Source of the DNA: Pirellulales bacterium
Lineage (GTDB): Bacteria > Planctomycetota > Planctomycetia > Pirellulales > DATAWG01
DNA: 64,000 nucleotides
NCBI GenBank assembly: GCA_963738955.1
Contig: CAVTYW010000015.1
Location: forward strand, 151,910 to 215,909
Direction of reading: 5' to 3'
Under the pieces are notes generated by a model. That model did not search any database. It worked only from the letters and a program-made list of their open reading frames with translations, and had not been told where the DNA came from. This document shows positions 40,321-52,627 of the stretch, in pieces; within the stretch, counting starts at the first letter, position 1; every line of letters begins with the position of its first letter. The position numbers and the translations under genes were made by a program.

Positions 40321-41316
40321 TTGCAAGAAAAACGCCCATTTCGGAATCTCACGGTGAACGACAAGTTCTGGAAAAACAAACGCGTCTTGGTGACCGGCGG
40401 ATCGGGGTTCGTCGGCCGCTGGGTTGGCCGTGCGCTGTGCGGCGCCGGCGCCGAATTTCACATCCTCGACATTGTGCCTCCGCAGGGCTTTTCCGAACCG
40501 TTCACGCTGCATCGTGCCGATTTGCGCAATTTGGACGCCGTCGTCCAACTGCTCGAACAGACGCGGCCGGCGGTCATCATTCATCTGGCCGGGCAGCCGG
40601 GAGTGTCGGTGTCGCACGATCAGCCGGTGTCCGCTTACGAGAGCAATGTGCTGGCGACGTTCAATTTGCTGGAGGCGGCAAGGCAAAAGAGAGCCGATCG
40701 AGAACTGCTGGCGATCGTTGCCGTCTCGAGCAATCATGTCTACGGCCATCAAGATCATCGGCCGACGGTCGAATCCGCGGCACTGAACGGCGCCGGCATG
40801 TACGCCGCGTCGAAGCTTTGCGGCGACGTGTTGGCCCGCTCGTATGGAAAGAGTTATGGCCTTCCGGTCGGCATCGCGCGGATGACCAATTCCTACGGCG
40901 GCGACGATCATCATGTCGCTCATATCATAACGGGCTCGATTCTTTCGACATTGCGGGGCGAACGGCCGGTGATCAAGCAAAGTGGCCGCGACCTCAAAGG
41001 GTATCTGTATATCGAAGACACGGTCGCCGGATTGCTGGCCGTTGCCGAAGGCGTTGCCGGCTCGGCGGACCTGGCAGGCGAGGCGTTCAACCTCGTTCCC
41101 GACGAGGCGATCACGACGCTGGAACTTGTTCGAGCGATCGTCGCGGCGGCCGACGCCAATCTGGAGCCGATCGTTCAGAATCCTGGCGCGGCGCACGAAG
41201 AAGAGTTCTTGGACAACGCAAAAGCCCGGCGGCTGCTGGCCTGGAGGCCGCGACACGATTTGGGCGCCGGCCTGCGCAAGACAATCGATTGGTATCGACG
41301 ATCTAGCGGCGCGTGA
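40321..41316 (+). CDS. NAD-dependent epimerase/dehydratase (CDP-/NDP-hexose 4,6-dehydratase-like)
   Basis: FWKNKRVLVTGGSGFVGRWV and YAASKLCGD (YxxxK). Intact 331-aa ORF. Confidence 0.8.
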   Translation: MQEKRPFRNLTVNDKFWKNKRVLVTGGSGFVGRWVGRALCGAGAEFHILDIVPPQGFSEPFTLHRADLRNLDAVVQLLEQTRPAVIIHLAGQPGVSVSHDQPVSAYESNVLATFNLLEAARQKRADRELLAIVAVSSNHVYGHQDHRPTVESAALNGAGMYAASKLCGDVLARSYGKSYGLPVGIARMTNSYGGDDHHVAHIITGSILSTLRGERPVIKQSGRDLKGYLYIEDTVAGLLAVAEGVAGSADLAGEAFNLVPDEAITTLELVRAIVAAADANLEPIVQNPGAAHEEEFLDNAKARRLLAWRPRHDLGAGLRKTIDWYRRSSGA

Positions 41317-42995
41317 GGCGCCGTACATGCAAGCAACGAATGGAACAGAGCGAACAACAGCCAGCGCCAGCCGCGCCGGTTCCGCCCGACGTGCTTTCGC
41401 CAAGGGACCAATTCGCCGACGCGACGCTGCCGGAGGTGTCGCTGCCCGACATGCGGTCGCCCGAGGCGCTGCCGACGGACGCGCCACTAGAGACAGTTCC
41501 CTCGCCGGAGTCGCCGCTACCGATCGGCTCGTCGCGCAATCAGGGCTACTTCCGCCGCGTCGTCGGCGGAACGTTCAACTATGGGTTGGGACAGAGCCTG
41601 CCCAAAGTACTGCGATTCGTTTTGAATTTCACGTTGTTCGTGAGAATCCTCAGTCCGAGGGACTTTGGGCTCATCGATTTGGCCACTGCGCTCACTGCGT
41701 TCCTCATGACTCCGATGCGGATGGGAGTTACCGGAGCCGTGACGCGGTTTTACTACGAGTACCCGGAAGGTCCGTCGCTCAAGGATTATGTGACGACCGT
41801 GGCCTGGTTTCTGGCGGTTTCCGGCCTGACCGTCGGTTTAGCGGCGTTTGCAATTGGGCCGTGGTTGCTGAGACACTTCATTCCCGAGTTGCCGTTCGTT
41901 CCGTTCGCGGTTTTGGCAATTCTCTCCGGGTTGCTCTACTGCAATATGGAATTGCAGGATCGGCTGGTGCAAGCTCGCGAACAATCGGGCTATGCGGCTC
42001 GCTTGAGCATTGGGCGAGCCAGCATCGCGATCTTGCTGGCCGTGCTGTTCGTGGCTGGGCTGCATTGGGGTGCCGCGGGGCTTCTGTCTTCCGAAGCCGC
42101 GTCGTACGGCGCGCTCGCGCTCGTGGCGGCTTATTATTTGCGAACGGAGCTAAAGGGCCGATTTCGCTGGCCGATGTTGCGGTCGTCGCTGGCCTATGGC
42201 ATGGCATTGGTGCCGGGCGATTTTGCCGGAAGCCTGACGCCGCTGGTGACACGAGGGATTCTAACGGTCTCCAAATCGGTGGCCGACACGGGTATTTTGG
42301 GGATCGCCACGAGATTGACCCAGCCCCTGACGATACTGGGATTCGCCTTCCAGACCGCTTTCAATCCGATCTATTTTTCGCTGCGCAAACAGTCGACAGC
42401 GTCGGGCATGCAACGACTGGCCGTAACGGCGCGCAATGTTTGGGCGTTGGCGATCTTCGGCGCCCTTGGCGTGGCGCTGGTGGGACCATCGGCAGTTCTC
42501 TTGTTGCCGAGCGATTATCACCCGGCGGCAAGGTTGCTACCGATCGTGGTCGTGGGTTTTTTGGGAATGGTCATCGGTTGTTTGTTCAATCCCGAGATTT
42601 ATTACAGCAAGCAAACATGGTGGGTGCCGGTCGCGGTTTACAGTTCCGCGGCGGTCGATATTACGATCTCCTCGCTAACCGTCGGTCGCTATGGGGCGGC
42701 TGGCGTGGCCTGGGGAACTGCACGCGCAGCGCTCGTGAGCTCCATCGTGCTCGCAATCGTCTCCCTGCGGTTGGTCAAGATTCCACACCAATGGTTCAGC
42801 CTGCTGCGGATCACCTTATGCGGAGCAGCAGCCGGCTCCGTCCCGCTTTGGATGTCGCACGAGGGCGGTCTTGCGGAATTTGGGATCGGCGTGGCGGGCG
42901 TCGCACTGTTTCCGATCTTGCTTTGGGTGACCGGCGACTCGAGTGTCCGCGAAGGACTGCATCTGCTGCGACGGCAGGTGGCGAAAGTATTCTAG
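41313..42995 (+). CDS. Polysaccharide flippase (Wzx/MOP-family-like) with Pro/Ser-rich N-terminal extension
   Basis: Multiple predicted TM helices after residue ~75. GLGQSLPKVLRFVLNFTLFVRILSPRDFGLIDLA is typical of O-unit flippases. An alternative ATG lies at 41340. Confidence 0.7.
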   Translation: MRRRTCKQRMEQSEQQPAPAAPVPPDVLSPRDQFADATLPEVSLPDMRSPEALPTDAPLETVPSPESPLPIGSSRNQGYFRRVVGGTFNYGLGQSLPKVLRFVLNFTLFVRILSPRDFGLIDLATALTAFLMTPMRMGVTGAVTRFYYEYPEGPSLKDYVTTVAWFLAVSGLTVGLAAFAIGPWLLRHFIPELPFVPFAVLAILSGLLYCNMELQDRLVQAREQSGYAARLSIGRASIAILLAVLFVAGLHWGAAGLLSSEAASYGALALVAAYYLRTELKGRFRWPMLRSSLAYGMALVPGDFAGSLTPLVTRGILTVSKSVADTGILGIATRLTQPLTILGFAFQTAFNPIYFSLRKQSTASGMQRLAVTARNVWALAIFGALGVALVGPSAVLLLPSDYHPAARLLPIVVVGFLGMVIGCLFNPEIYYSKQTWWVPVAVYSSAAVDITISSLTVGRYGAAGVAWGTARAALVSSIVLAIVSLRLVKIPHQWFSLLRITLCGAAAGSVPLWMSHEGGLAEFGIGVAGVALFPILLWVTGDSSVREGLHLLRRQVAKVF

Positions 42996-43016
42996 CATAG
43001 ACGACAAAGCCGCTTC

Positions 43017-44914
43017 ATGAAGCTAATCGTTCTTTCCGTGGGAAAGCTTCCGCCTGGGAGGCTGTCGCGCTGGTCGCGAGACCCGGATTGCATCGTTATC
43101 GCAATACGGCCGATGCACGAAGGCGGCGAGGATTGGATTCGGCCGCCGATCAGCATGACGTCGAAAGTGTCGCTGAGCCGGCGGAATACGCAATTGTTCG
43201 AGCCCTGGTTCGACGCGAAATTGGAAAACACGGATGTTCGTTTGCCGGGCGCCAGGATCGGCTTCCTCGAGGCGGCAAATTGCCAGCTCTTTTTCCAAGT
43301 ATGGAATTGCCTTGGACTGTTGTTGGATCTCGAGCAAGTCGTCCAGCAGCAGCAAATTGATCGGATCGAATTCGTGACGGACAACGCACACAATGGACGG
43401 TGGCCGATCGTGGTTCGCGCCTTTGCCGAGGCGCATCGATTGTCCTGGCGGGCGATCGCTCTGTCTCGGACCGGCGAGAATCTTGGACTCGGCGGCTTCG
43501 AGCGACTTCGCGGTTGGTTGGCTCAATCGCCGGCGCGGATTCCTTCGATCATCCGACTGCTCCGCGAGCAAGTCGTTCGACGCGATCGAACCGCCGGCGA
43601 TTCATCGCCTCAAAGGCCGGCAATGGCGACTGCGAACGCGACTGGCATGGATGGCAACTCGAAGCGCTTGCATGCGGCGATGCTCGTATACGTCCCCAAG
43701 TCGTGGCGGTACTTGCTTCCGATCCGCTCGGCTTTGCTCGAGTCGGGGCATGAAGTCTCGATGCTCAGTCCTCGCAAGGCGACCGACGTTGCCTTGGAAG
43801 AAGTGAATTGCCCCTACACTTCACTCCGATTGCGCCGAGATGGAACGCGATTTCACCGAGTGGTCGAAGAATGCTTGACGCGCTGTCCGCTCAATCCGCC
43901 CGACGCGGAATTAGCGAAATTGGCCCGCGCGGATGGGCCGTTGCGTCGGCTGCTGGGGCAGCTCGGCCGCGGACTCTTCGAGGACTATGCGAATGTAGCC
44001 GTCCGATTGCCGGCCTTGTTTTTCGATCGCCACGTCAACGTGGCGCTTGGCACCGATTGTGGCTCCGTGGCGGGCCGGAGTTTCTTTCGGACCGCGGAGC
44101 GCCTCGGAATCGCATCGGTCTTCATTCAACACGGGGCCTTGCACGGCGGAATGGGAACGCCCGAATACTTCACCGATGCCAAGCGTTTGGTGTGGGGCGA
44201 TTCGCGCGCGATCTGCTGCTGACGGCGGGCCTGCCGAATCCGGAAGCAACGGTGGTGATCGGGTCGCCTCGTCAAGAGGAGATATTGTTGCCGCAACGAA
44301 CGACCGCAATGCGGAGCGACCGGCCGCGGAAGGCGGATTCCGCCGACATGATTCTCGTCACCTTCGGAGTTCCCGGCAATTTCATCGCGGAAGCGTCCTT
44401 TGCCAGGGCGGCGAGCGAGGTGTTCGCGGCAGCCGCCGAATTGCCGAATGTCCGCTTCATGATCCGGCCTCATCCGAGCGATCGCGGGTTGGTTTGGAAG
44501 GAGCTGATCTCGGACTGCCGATTGCCGAATGTCATGCTGTGCAGCGACGGCGACACGTATGCCCTGATCCATGAATGTCGAATGCTGGTGACGATGGCTT
44601 CGACCACGGGCGCCGAGGCGATCTTTTTAGGTAAGCCGGTGGTGGCCGTCAATCTGGAGCAGCAGGAAACCGAACTCGATTACATCGGGTCGGGCGCTGC
44701 TTACCTCGCCAGTGCGCCGGGCGAATTGAGCACGATGCTGAAAACGGTGTTGGCCGTCCCGCAAGGGACCGACGCTTTGGCCGACGCTCGCCGGGCGTTT
44801 GCGGAGCAGTTCTTGCACGTCGAGCCGCGGCCGGCCGCCGAGCGGATCGTCGATTATCTCCGCGAACTTGTTTTCCCAATCCCGCGCGAAACATCTCGCC
44901 AGATGAAATCCTGA
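43017..44914 (+). CDS. Hypothetical GT-B-like transferase (TagF/Capsule_synth-like C-terminal half), frame break near 44200
   Basis: Track ORFs 43017..44222 and 43808..44914 join at ...[18 protein letters not shown]... The C-terminal half has a nucleotide-sugar-binding-like layout: [11 protein letters not shown]...[20 protein letters not shown]. The family assignment is only by eye. Confidence 0.4.
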
Positions 44915-44927
44915 TTTCGGAATCGGT

Positions 44928-45907
44928 ATGAAAATCCTCGTCACGGGTGGAGCGGGATATATCGGGAGCGTCGTCGTTGCGCAACTGGTGGATGCAGGAC
45001 ATTCGGTTGTCGTGTTCGACAATCTCTCGCAAGGACATCGGGCCGCGGTTAATCCCGATGCCCTGTTTTTCGAAGCGGATCTCGCCGACCGTGCGAGCAT
45101 CGACCGAGCCTTCTCGGAACATCGCCCGGATGTCGTCATGCATTTTGCCGGGCCCACGTTGGTCGGCGAGTCGATGCAAAAGCCATTTGTCTACCTGGGA
45201 CAAGGGGTTCGATGCGGGCTGAACCTCTTGGAAAGCATGATCGAATACGATGTGAAACGATTGATTCTTTCGTTGACGGCGAACCTGTTCGGCGAGCCGG
45301 AGCGAATTCCGATCAGGGAAGAGGAACGAATCGTTCCCGGCAGCCCGTACGGAGAGATGAAAAATATCCTGGAGCGGATGCTGCATTGGCTTGATCGCAC
45401 TTGTGGGATGCGCTACGTCGCACTGCGATACTTCAACGCCGCCGGAGCGACCGAGCGACTCGGAGAAGATCACTTTCCCGAGACGCACTTGATCCCGGTT
45501 GTATTGCAAGTGGCGCTCGACCAGCGTCCGGAAATCGTCGTCTTCGGCAGCGACTATCCAACTCCGGATGGCACCTGCGTTCGCGACTATATCCATGTGT
45601 CGGACCTGGCGCAGGCGACGTCCGGGCTTTGGGGGCGTTGGAGCGCGGAAGTTGCCAATACAACCTCGGCAATGGCGCCGGTTGGAGCGTGCAACAAGTG
45701 ATCGACGGAGCCCGGCGAATCACCGGCCATTCCATACCGGCGCGGCTTGCCCCGCGGCGCGCCGGCGATCCGGCCACGTTGGTCGCGGGCAGCGAAAAAA
45801 TACGCCGCGAACTGGGTTGGCAGCCGCGACATTCCGATCTAAACGACATTTTGGAATCCGCCTGGCGATGGCATCAACGTCATCCCAAGGGGTACGACGA
45901 TCGTTGA
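44928..45907 (+). CDS. galE: UDP-glucose 4-epimerase, frame break near 45615
   Basis: [28 protein letters not shown] and [10 protein letters not shown]. The tail ...[15 protein letters not shown]... is recovered in track ORF 45401..45907. Confidence 0.85.
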
Positions 45908-45984
45908 GGAAAAATGCGGACATCGCACTTTGGGATAGGCAACTGCTGAAACGCTGCTCGGATTCCTAACGCAATTTACCGTCA

Positions 45985-46881
45985 ATGTCGAAATTCGCAA
46001 TCATTGTTCCGATGTACAACGCCGCGGAAACGATCGCCGCGACGGTGAATTCGGTGCGCGCTCAAACTTCGACCGATTGGGAACTCCACCTGGCCGACGA
46101 CGGATCCAGCGACGCCACGATCGACGTGGCGGCTGCCGCGGCGGCGAACGATCCGCGCGTGAAAATCGTCGAATGTGGACGGCTGGCGCACATGGGCAGG
46201 GTGCGCAATCGAATCTTGCCGAGCATTTCCGCGCCGCTGGTGTGCATGCTCGACGCCGACGACATTCTCCGTCCAAATTACCTTGAAAGCCAAGACCGAC
46301 TGCGCCAGGAGACAGGCGCCGCGGTTGTTCATTCAGCCGCGGACCATTTGGTGGGCGAGCAGATTGTAAGCGTGCCACCGACCTATCGTGGACCGCTGGT
46401 TTGTGAACCGCCGTGGATGATTGCCCAGTTGTGCCCGCGAAATCCGCTGTATGCTCCGTCGGCAATGATCAGCCGCGACGCGCTGGAGGCCGTCGGCAGT
46501 TTCAGCGAATGCCCCGAGCACTTTTCCGTCGGCGATGGGGATTTGTGGTTGCGAATGGCGCCGCGCTATCGTTTTGCCTACAATCCCGAGCCGCTCTTGC
46601 TCTATCGAATTCGCCCGGAAAGCCTCTGCCGCAACCCGGCGAATTTCATTCGTAATCGCAAGGGCGAGATCATTTCGCTGGAGCAAGCAATCGCGCGCGG
46701 CGGGGATTTGCCGGCTCCGTTGTTGCGGAGCTTGCGAAGGCGCTTGAGTAAAGTGCATAGCAACTGTGCTCGCCTATTGTTGGACGAGAAGCCGCCGCGT
46801 CGCGAAGAGGCGCGCGAGCATTTTGCGCGGCCTTTCGACAGGCTCCGTTCGCATTTCCCTATTTCCCATTTCACTTATTGA
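45985..46881 (+). CDS. Family 2 glycosyltransferase
   Basis: FAIIVPMYNAAETIAATVNSVRAQT, LADDGSSD and LDADD (DxD). Confidence 0.8.
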   Translation: MSKFAIIVPMYNAAETIAATVNSVRAQTSTDWELHLADDGSSDATIDVAAAAAANDPRVKIVECGRLAHMGRVRNRILPSISAPLVCMLDADDILRPNYLESQDRLRQETGAAVVHSAADHLVGEQIVSVPPTYRGPLVCEPPWMIAQLCPRNPLYAPSAMISRDALEAVGSFSECPEHFSVGDGDLWLRMAPRYRFAYNPEPLLLYRIRPESLCRNPANFIRNRKGEIISLEQAIARGGDLPAPLLRSLRRRLSKVHSNCARLLLDEKPPRREEAREHFARPFDRLRSHFPISHFTY

Positions 46882-47043
46882 GCATTGTCGGCGCGATGCC
46901 TCCCTATTGCTTGCACCGCTTGCTGCGCAGTCTGCGGCCAGCGCAATTATCGTGATGCGACTCGACAACCTGCCAGCCCCTTTTAGGCGCCTTCAATTGC
47001 GGACCATTCCTGTGCCGGCCCGCGGACGATTTCGGGTGACTCG

Positions 47044-48995
47044 ATGTGCGGAATAGCCGGAATCTGGAACTGCCGACCCGGCTTTGACGCCGAATCGGCC
47101 GTCTCGGCGATGTTGGACGCGATGCAACATCGCGGGCCCGACGGCCGAGGCGCTCGCCTTCGACGGCGGCGCCGCCGGAATGGTTCGACTGGCGCTGGTC
47201 GATTTGTCGCCGCGCGGGATGCAGCCGATTTGGTCGGCCGATCGCCGGGTGGCCGTGCTGTTCAACGGCGAGATTTACAACTTCCGCGCAGCGCAAGCGC
47301 CTCAGCCGTTCGGGAGTCGCGTTCCACACCGGCACCGACACGGAAGTGATTCTTCAACTGTATTTGGAGGACGAAGAGCAATTCGTCGATCGGTTGCGCG
47401 GCATGTTTGCAATCGCTGTGTTCGATTGGCGCGGCGCATCGGCCGGCGCCTTGCCGGTGCTGACGCTCGCTCGCGGTCCGCTGGGAATCAAGCCGCTCTA
47501 TATCGCCGCGCCGGACAACGATCCGCGGGCCGTGGCATTCGCCTCGGAAGTGCGCGGATTGCTGGCGGGTGGAGTCGTCGCTCGGCGCAGTCGATCCGGA
47601 AGGATTGGCCGACTTCCTGTCGTGCGGGTTCATCCTGCAGCCGCGGACGATCATCTCCGGCGTGCGAATGCTCGAGGCGGGATGGCTGGAGAGATATGCG
47701 CCGGGGCAACCGGTTTATCGCCGGCAATTTTGGCAAACGCCCTCCTACCAGCCGCGCCGTGAATCGCTCGATCAATCGGCCGCGCGGCTGCGTGGCGTGT
47801 TGGAAGAGAGCATTGCGCTGCATGCGTTCGCGGACGCGCCGGTCGGGGCTTTTTTGAGCGGCGGCGTCGATTCCACCGGGATCGTCGGTTTGATGCGCAA
47901 GCACGTCGCCGATCTGCGTACCTATACGCTCACCTACCCGGATGCTCCACAGCGCGACGAATCCGAGTATGCCATCGAAACCGCGGCGCGATTCGACTGC
48001 CGAAACACGGTCGTGGAGGTGCGCGGCAGCGAGATGCCCGAGGTCTTGCCGGAGTTCGCTCGAGCGATGGATCAGCCGAGCTCCGACGGGCTGAACACCT
48101 GGCTGATTTCGCGCCGGCGGCCCGCGACGTCAAGGCCGTGCTCTCGGGCGTCGGCGGCGACGAATGGTTTTCCGGCTATCCCGTCACCCGCCGCATGGCC
48201 TACTATGCCGTGCATCCGCTGGGGCGCGCGAAAGCGATGGCCGGAAATGTCGCCGCGATGCTGACCGACTTGCTACCGGAAGGAAGGATTCGTCAGCGAG
48301 CTTATAATCTGGCGACGCGCCGCTCGTCGATGTCAACTTGGATGCACGCGCATTCCGTGTTCCGCCACGATCAGGCGCTGCGGATGATCGGCCGGCGCTC
48401 GGGCAATTCCGGACAGGTTGAACAGTTCAACGACCAATTATCCAAACTCCGGTGCGATTTTTTTCGAGAGACTCCGATCGGCCTGGCCTGCCTTTTGGAC
48501 TTCGGCTTCTACATGGGGAGCCAATTGCTTCGCGATGCCGATGCCACGAGCATGTGGCATTCGCTGGAACTGCGCACTCCGTTTGTCGATCTGGAAGTGG
48601 TCAAATTCTCGCGCACTTGCCGGGACGATTACAAGCTTCGTTACGACGGCGGCTTAGGCGGCCGTTACTCGCACAGCGGAGCGAAGCGGGTGCTGATTCA
48701 TGCTCTGCGCGACGTTCTGCCGTCGGACATCGCGCAGCGTCCGAAGCGGGGGTTCGCATTGCCGATGGTCCATTGGATGCGAAACGAGCTACGTCCGCTG
48801 CTCATGGAAACTTGCAACCTGGAAACAATTGCTCGTCGCGGATTGGTCGACCCGGCGACGGTGGCCCCGCTCGTCCATGGCTCGGAGGCGATTTCGGCCA
48901 ACCTTTATCCGCGGCTGTGGACGCTGATGATGCTGGAATTATGGTGCCGGGCGACATTGGACGCTCCCGCTGCCGCGCCGGTTGCCACTCGATGA
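47044..48995 (+). pseudogene. Asparagine synthase (glutamine-hydrolysing) family amidotransferase, at least 4 frame breaks as assembled
   Basis: MCGIAGIW (Ntn Cys2), FNGEIYNF, TDTEVILQLY, GMFAIAVFD and FLSGGVDST (PP-loop SGGxDS), then LSGVGGDEWFSGYP. Frame order is 1>2>0>1>0, with breaks near 47150, 47280, 47570 and 48115. Confidence 0.8.
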
Positions 48996-49134
48996 CGATG
49001 CTTCTCGACAGCCGGATTCCACGCGCGGCCGTGCCGATTGTTCCGAGTTTACCGGGCGCGTTGCGCCGACGGGTTTCGAATCGTTGTATCGACGATGCCG
49101 GGATTTGGCAATCGCCGGCGCGAATTGGGATAGA

Positions 49135-50960
49135 ATGGTAGGGATGGCAGGACCGATCAGTAGCCACGAAGCGAATTTGCGTCCGTCGCTGCGTCCGCAC
49201 GCGCATCGGATCGCGAATCCGGTCGACGAGGAAGAGGTTCGCGCGGTTGCCGGCCCTGTCGGCGCCAAAGTGTTGGTGCTGGGCGACGGAACGACTCATT
49301 TTCTCTCGGTCGTTCGATCGTTCGGGCGCAAGCGTATCGCGGTGCATACGGGTTGGTGCTCGGCGGATTGTCCGGCACTGCGGTCTCGATATATCGTGGC
49401 GCGGCATGATTTGCCGCGGCCCGACCTCGCGGGAGCTTGGAAACCGGCGCTCTTGGATTTGTTGCGCCGAGAGCACTTCGATCTCGTGATTCCGACCAAC
49501 GAACAGTCGATGCGCCCGTTGCAATTGCATCGCGACGAGTTGTCGGCGGCCGGATCGATCTACTTGCTCGAGGATCGGGCGTTCGAAGTGCTGTTCGACA
49601 AATGCAAAAGCGTGGAATTGGCTCGGTCGGTCGGAATGTTCGTGCCACGCGGCGAATTGGCAGCCGACTTGGCGTCGTGCCGTCGGCTCGCGTTCGAATT
49701 TGGTTGGCCCGTGGTGCTCAAGCCATTGTCGAGCTTCACCGACGACGATCTGGTGCATCGGCGCGGAGTTGTCAAGGCCTACAACGAGGACGAATTGGAC
49801 GGTGGCGCTCGGCGGCTGCTTTCCAAGGGACCGGTGTTGGTGCAAGAGTGTTTCGTCGGCAAGGGCGTGGGAATCGAGCTGCTGGCCTGCGAGGGGGAAG
49901 TTCTGGTCGAGTTTCAACACGAGCGAGTGCATCTTCCGCCGCGCGGCGGCGCGAGCACCTACCGCAAAAGTGTTCCACTTTCGCCCGACCTGCTCGAGGC
50001 GTCGCGACGATTGGTGGCGGCGCTGAACTACACGGGCGTCTTGATGGTCGAATTCTTGGTGAATTCCGAGATTCATCAATGGCGGTTCGTCGAAACCAAT
50101 GCCCGATTCTGGGGTTCATTGCCCTTGGCGGTCGCGGCGGGAGTCGATTTTCCTTTTTATCTGTATCAGATGCTCGTTCACGGATCACGGCAGTTTCCGC
50201 GCGAGTATCGCCGCGGTCTCTATTGTCGCAACCTGACCGCCGATTTGCACTGGGCCCACGACAACTTTCGGGCGAGTCGCGGCGATCCGACGTTGATCAC
50301 CGTAACTCCGAGCCGCATGTTGCTCGAAGGGGGCAATCTGTTGCTGCTGCGCGAGCGATTCGATTCGTTGGTATGCGACGATCCGTGGCCCGGCATCGTG
50401 GAACTGGCTCAGTTTGCTCGCCAGAATTCAGTCAAAATAGCGGATCGCGCTCGGGCGAAAATCGCCGGCGCGGTCTTGAAGGCGCCGGCCGTGCGGCGAA
50501 GGGCCACCGCCCAAGCGCGCTGGCGCTGCGACGAGCCGACTCGGCGCTGTTCGTTTGCCTCGGCAATATCTGCCGTAGCCCGTTTGCGGAGCACTACGCT
50601 CGCCGTGTTTTGCCGGCAGCGGTGGAGCTTCGCTCGAGCGGATTGTATCCCCGGCCGAATCGGCCCAGCCCCGAGACGGCGATCGCGGCGGCGCAAGAAT
50701 TCGATATCGATTTGTCGAGACATCGAGCCGACGTGCTGACCCGTGAAACAGTGGCCAAGTCCGACGTGATCTTTAGTTTCGACGAATCGGTTCACCAAGA
50801 AATTCGGCGGCGATTCCCCGCCGTGCGCCGCAAACTGCACCGCTTTGCGCTGCTTGCGCACGACGGACCGCGTGAGATTGTTGACCCGTTCGGCGGATCG
50901 CCCGACCGATTTCGCGAGGTTTACCGCCGCATTGCCGCGGTGTTGGATTCAACCAGATAA
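49135..50960 (+). CDS. ATP-grasp enzyme (paralog 1), apparently fused to an LMW protein-tyrosine-phosphatase/ArsC-like domain; frame break near 50510
   Basis: ATP-grasp body: WPVVLKP, LVQECFVGKGVGIELLA, PPRGGASTYRKS, MVEFLV and FVETNARFWGSLPLAVAAGVDFP. Next frame: LFVCLGNICRSPFAEHYARRV...IVDPFGG (CX5R P-loop plus DP). No start codon was seen for an independent phosphatase gene. Confidence 0.7.
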
Positions 50961-52627
50961 TGCTCGGCTTGTTTTCTTATCTTGATGTCAGTTCGGCCGG
51001 GTTGAACCCGAGTTGGCTGTGGCACATGCTGGCATTTGCCGGGCTGTGGGCGGGCGAACTGTTTTTCGTCCAAAAGACCACTTTGGTTTCGGTGCAGGAT
51101 AGCAGCCAAAGATTTCTGCGCTGGGCTCCGCGGCTGCGCTTGATGTTGGACGTTTGCTTCGTGGTCGCGATGTCGATGTTCTTGCCGCGAATGTGGTTGC
51201 TCGGTTTGACGCCGATCGTGTTTCTAGTTCACATGGGGCTGGTCAGCCATTATCAATACTTCTTGCGACCGCTCTCCGCGCTTTCGCTGTTTCACAATTG
51301 GCGCGAAGGCGTGCAGACGGGCGGCTATACCTTTGGGGTCCGGCTGACAAGATTGACCTGGGTTTTGGTGCTCATCATGGTGCTGAAGTGGGCCGTGCTG
51401 CTCACCATGCCCGCGGAGTCTGGCGTTAGCAACTGGTGGATCTATGGAATCGGGCTTGTTGCCTTGCTGGGCTATTTGGCGCTTGTGGCGGCAGCCAGCT
51501 ACGTCGATCCGTTGGAGAAGATTCGCACGACTCGCGGTTTCGGCCGTTTGGGCGTTATTCGCGGCTATTTCATCACTTGGCTTGCTGAATGTTGCTATTT
51601 GGGGCGACATGAGGTGCTGGCCGGCGCGAAACGGCAACGAGAGATCGTGCATGATCGTCTGACCCCAATCGAAACCCCCATTTCGATTCATCGCCGCTTG
51701 ATTCTCCTTCAAGCGGAAAGCCTTGATTTCAACGTGCTGGGATACGAGGTGGACGGTCGGCAAGTAACCCCGTTTTTGAATCGGCTGCGGGAGCAGTCGC
51801 TCTTCTATCGGATCGCCGCGGCTCGCTATATCGGCTCGGCCGATGCCGACTTCGTCATGCTCAGCGGCGTGATGCCGTTCACGCGCATCATTACCTACAA
51901 CATTCCCAATTATCCCTACGAAAACACCCTGCCCCAATTTCTGGCTCGCCACGGTTATCGAACCGCGGCTTTTCACGGTAACACGGGGAACTTCTACAAC
52001 CGCCGCAATGCCTTCAAGAAGATGAATTTCTCCGAAATTCACTTTCTGGAGGAATTGGCTGCACGAGATGGGTTGCCGACTCGCAGTTGGGGAGTCGATG
52101 ATCGCGACTTGTTGGAGTTTTCCACCCGGTGCTTGCAAGAGACGCCGGAGCCCATTTGCCACTTCATCATCACATTGACGACCCATACCCCCTACACGCT
52201 CACGCCGACGACCGAACGGGAAGTTTTCGCCAAGCCGCAGTCCATGGCGCAGAACTATCTCAACAACATGCGATACCTGGATAATCTGCTCCGCGACTAC
52301 GTCGGATCGCTGAAATCGGCCACCGTGGTGATCTACTCCGACCATTCCGCCGATCCGGCCATGGCTCCGGAGTTCACGCCGCATTGGGATGGCTTGCAAG
52401 AGTTCGTTCCCTGCTTCATTTTCAACACCGATGAAGACCTCGGAGCGCAGCAACGCACGCGCGGCCAGCCGATCGCCACCGACGGAACATTGACGTTGCT
52501 CGATATTACTAGTTTCTTGCGAGGCCAGGTCGCGGCCGCGAATGGCGTGGCGCTCGCCACGTTGACGTCCGAATTGAATCCGATCTCGTCGCCCTCCGTT
52601 GCGCCGCCCGAAGTCGGCAAATCGTAA
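50960..52627 (+). CDS. LTA-synthase/sulfatase-family membrane transferase (phosphoglycerol/phosphoethanolamine-transferase-like)
   Basis: N-terminal TM helices followed by an alkaline-phosphatase-superfamily domain, with LLQAESLD, HGNTGNFYNRRNAF, THTPY and VVIYSDHS. Intact 555-aa ORF. Confidence 0.7.
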   Translation: MLGLFSYLDVSSAGLNPSWLWHMLAFAGLWAGELFFVQKTTLVSVQDSSQRFLRWAPRLRLMLDVCFVVAMSMFLPRMWLLGLTPIVFLVHMGLVSHYQYFLRPLSALSLFHNWREGVQTGGYTFGVRLTRLTWVLVLIMVLKWAVLLTMPAESGVSNWWIYGIGLVALLGYLALVAAASYVDPLEKIRTTRGFGRLGVIRGYFITWLAECCYLGRHEVLAGAKRQREIVHDRLTPIETPISIHRRLILLQAESLDFNVLGYEVDGRQVTPFLNRLREQSLFYRIAAARYIGSADADFVMLSGVMPFTRIITYNIPNYPYENTLPQFLARHGYRTAAFHGNTGNFYNRRNAFKKMNFSEIHFLEELAARDGLPTRSWGVDDRDLLEFSTRCLQETPEPICHFIITLTTHTPYTLTPTTEREVFAKPQSMAQNYLNNMRYLDNLLRDYVGSLKSATVVIYSDHSADPAMAPEFTPHWDGLQEFVPCFIFNTDEDLGAQQRTRGQPIATDGTLTLLDITSFLRGQVAAANGVALATLTSELNPISSPSVAPPEVGKS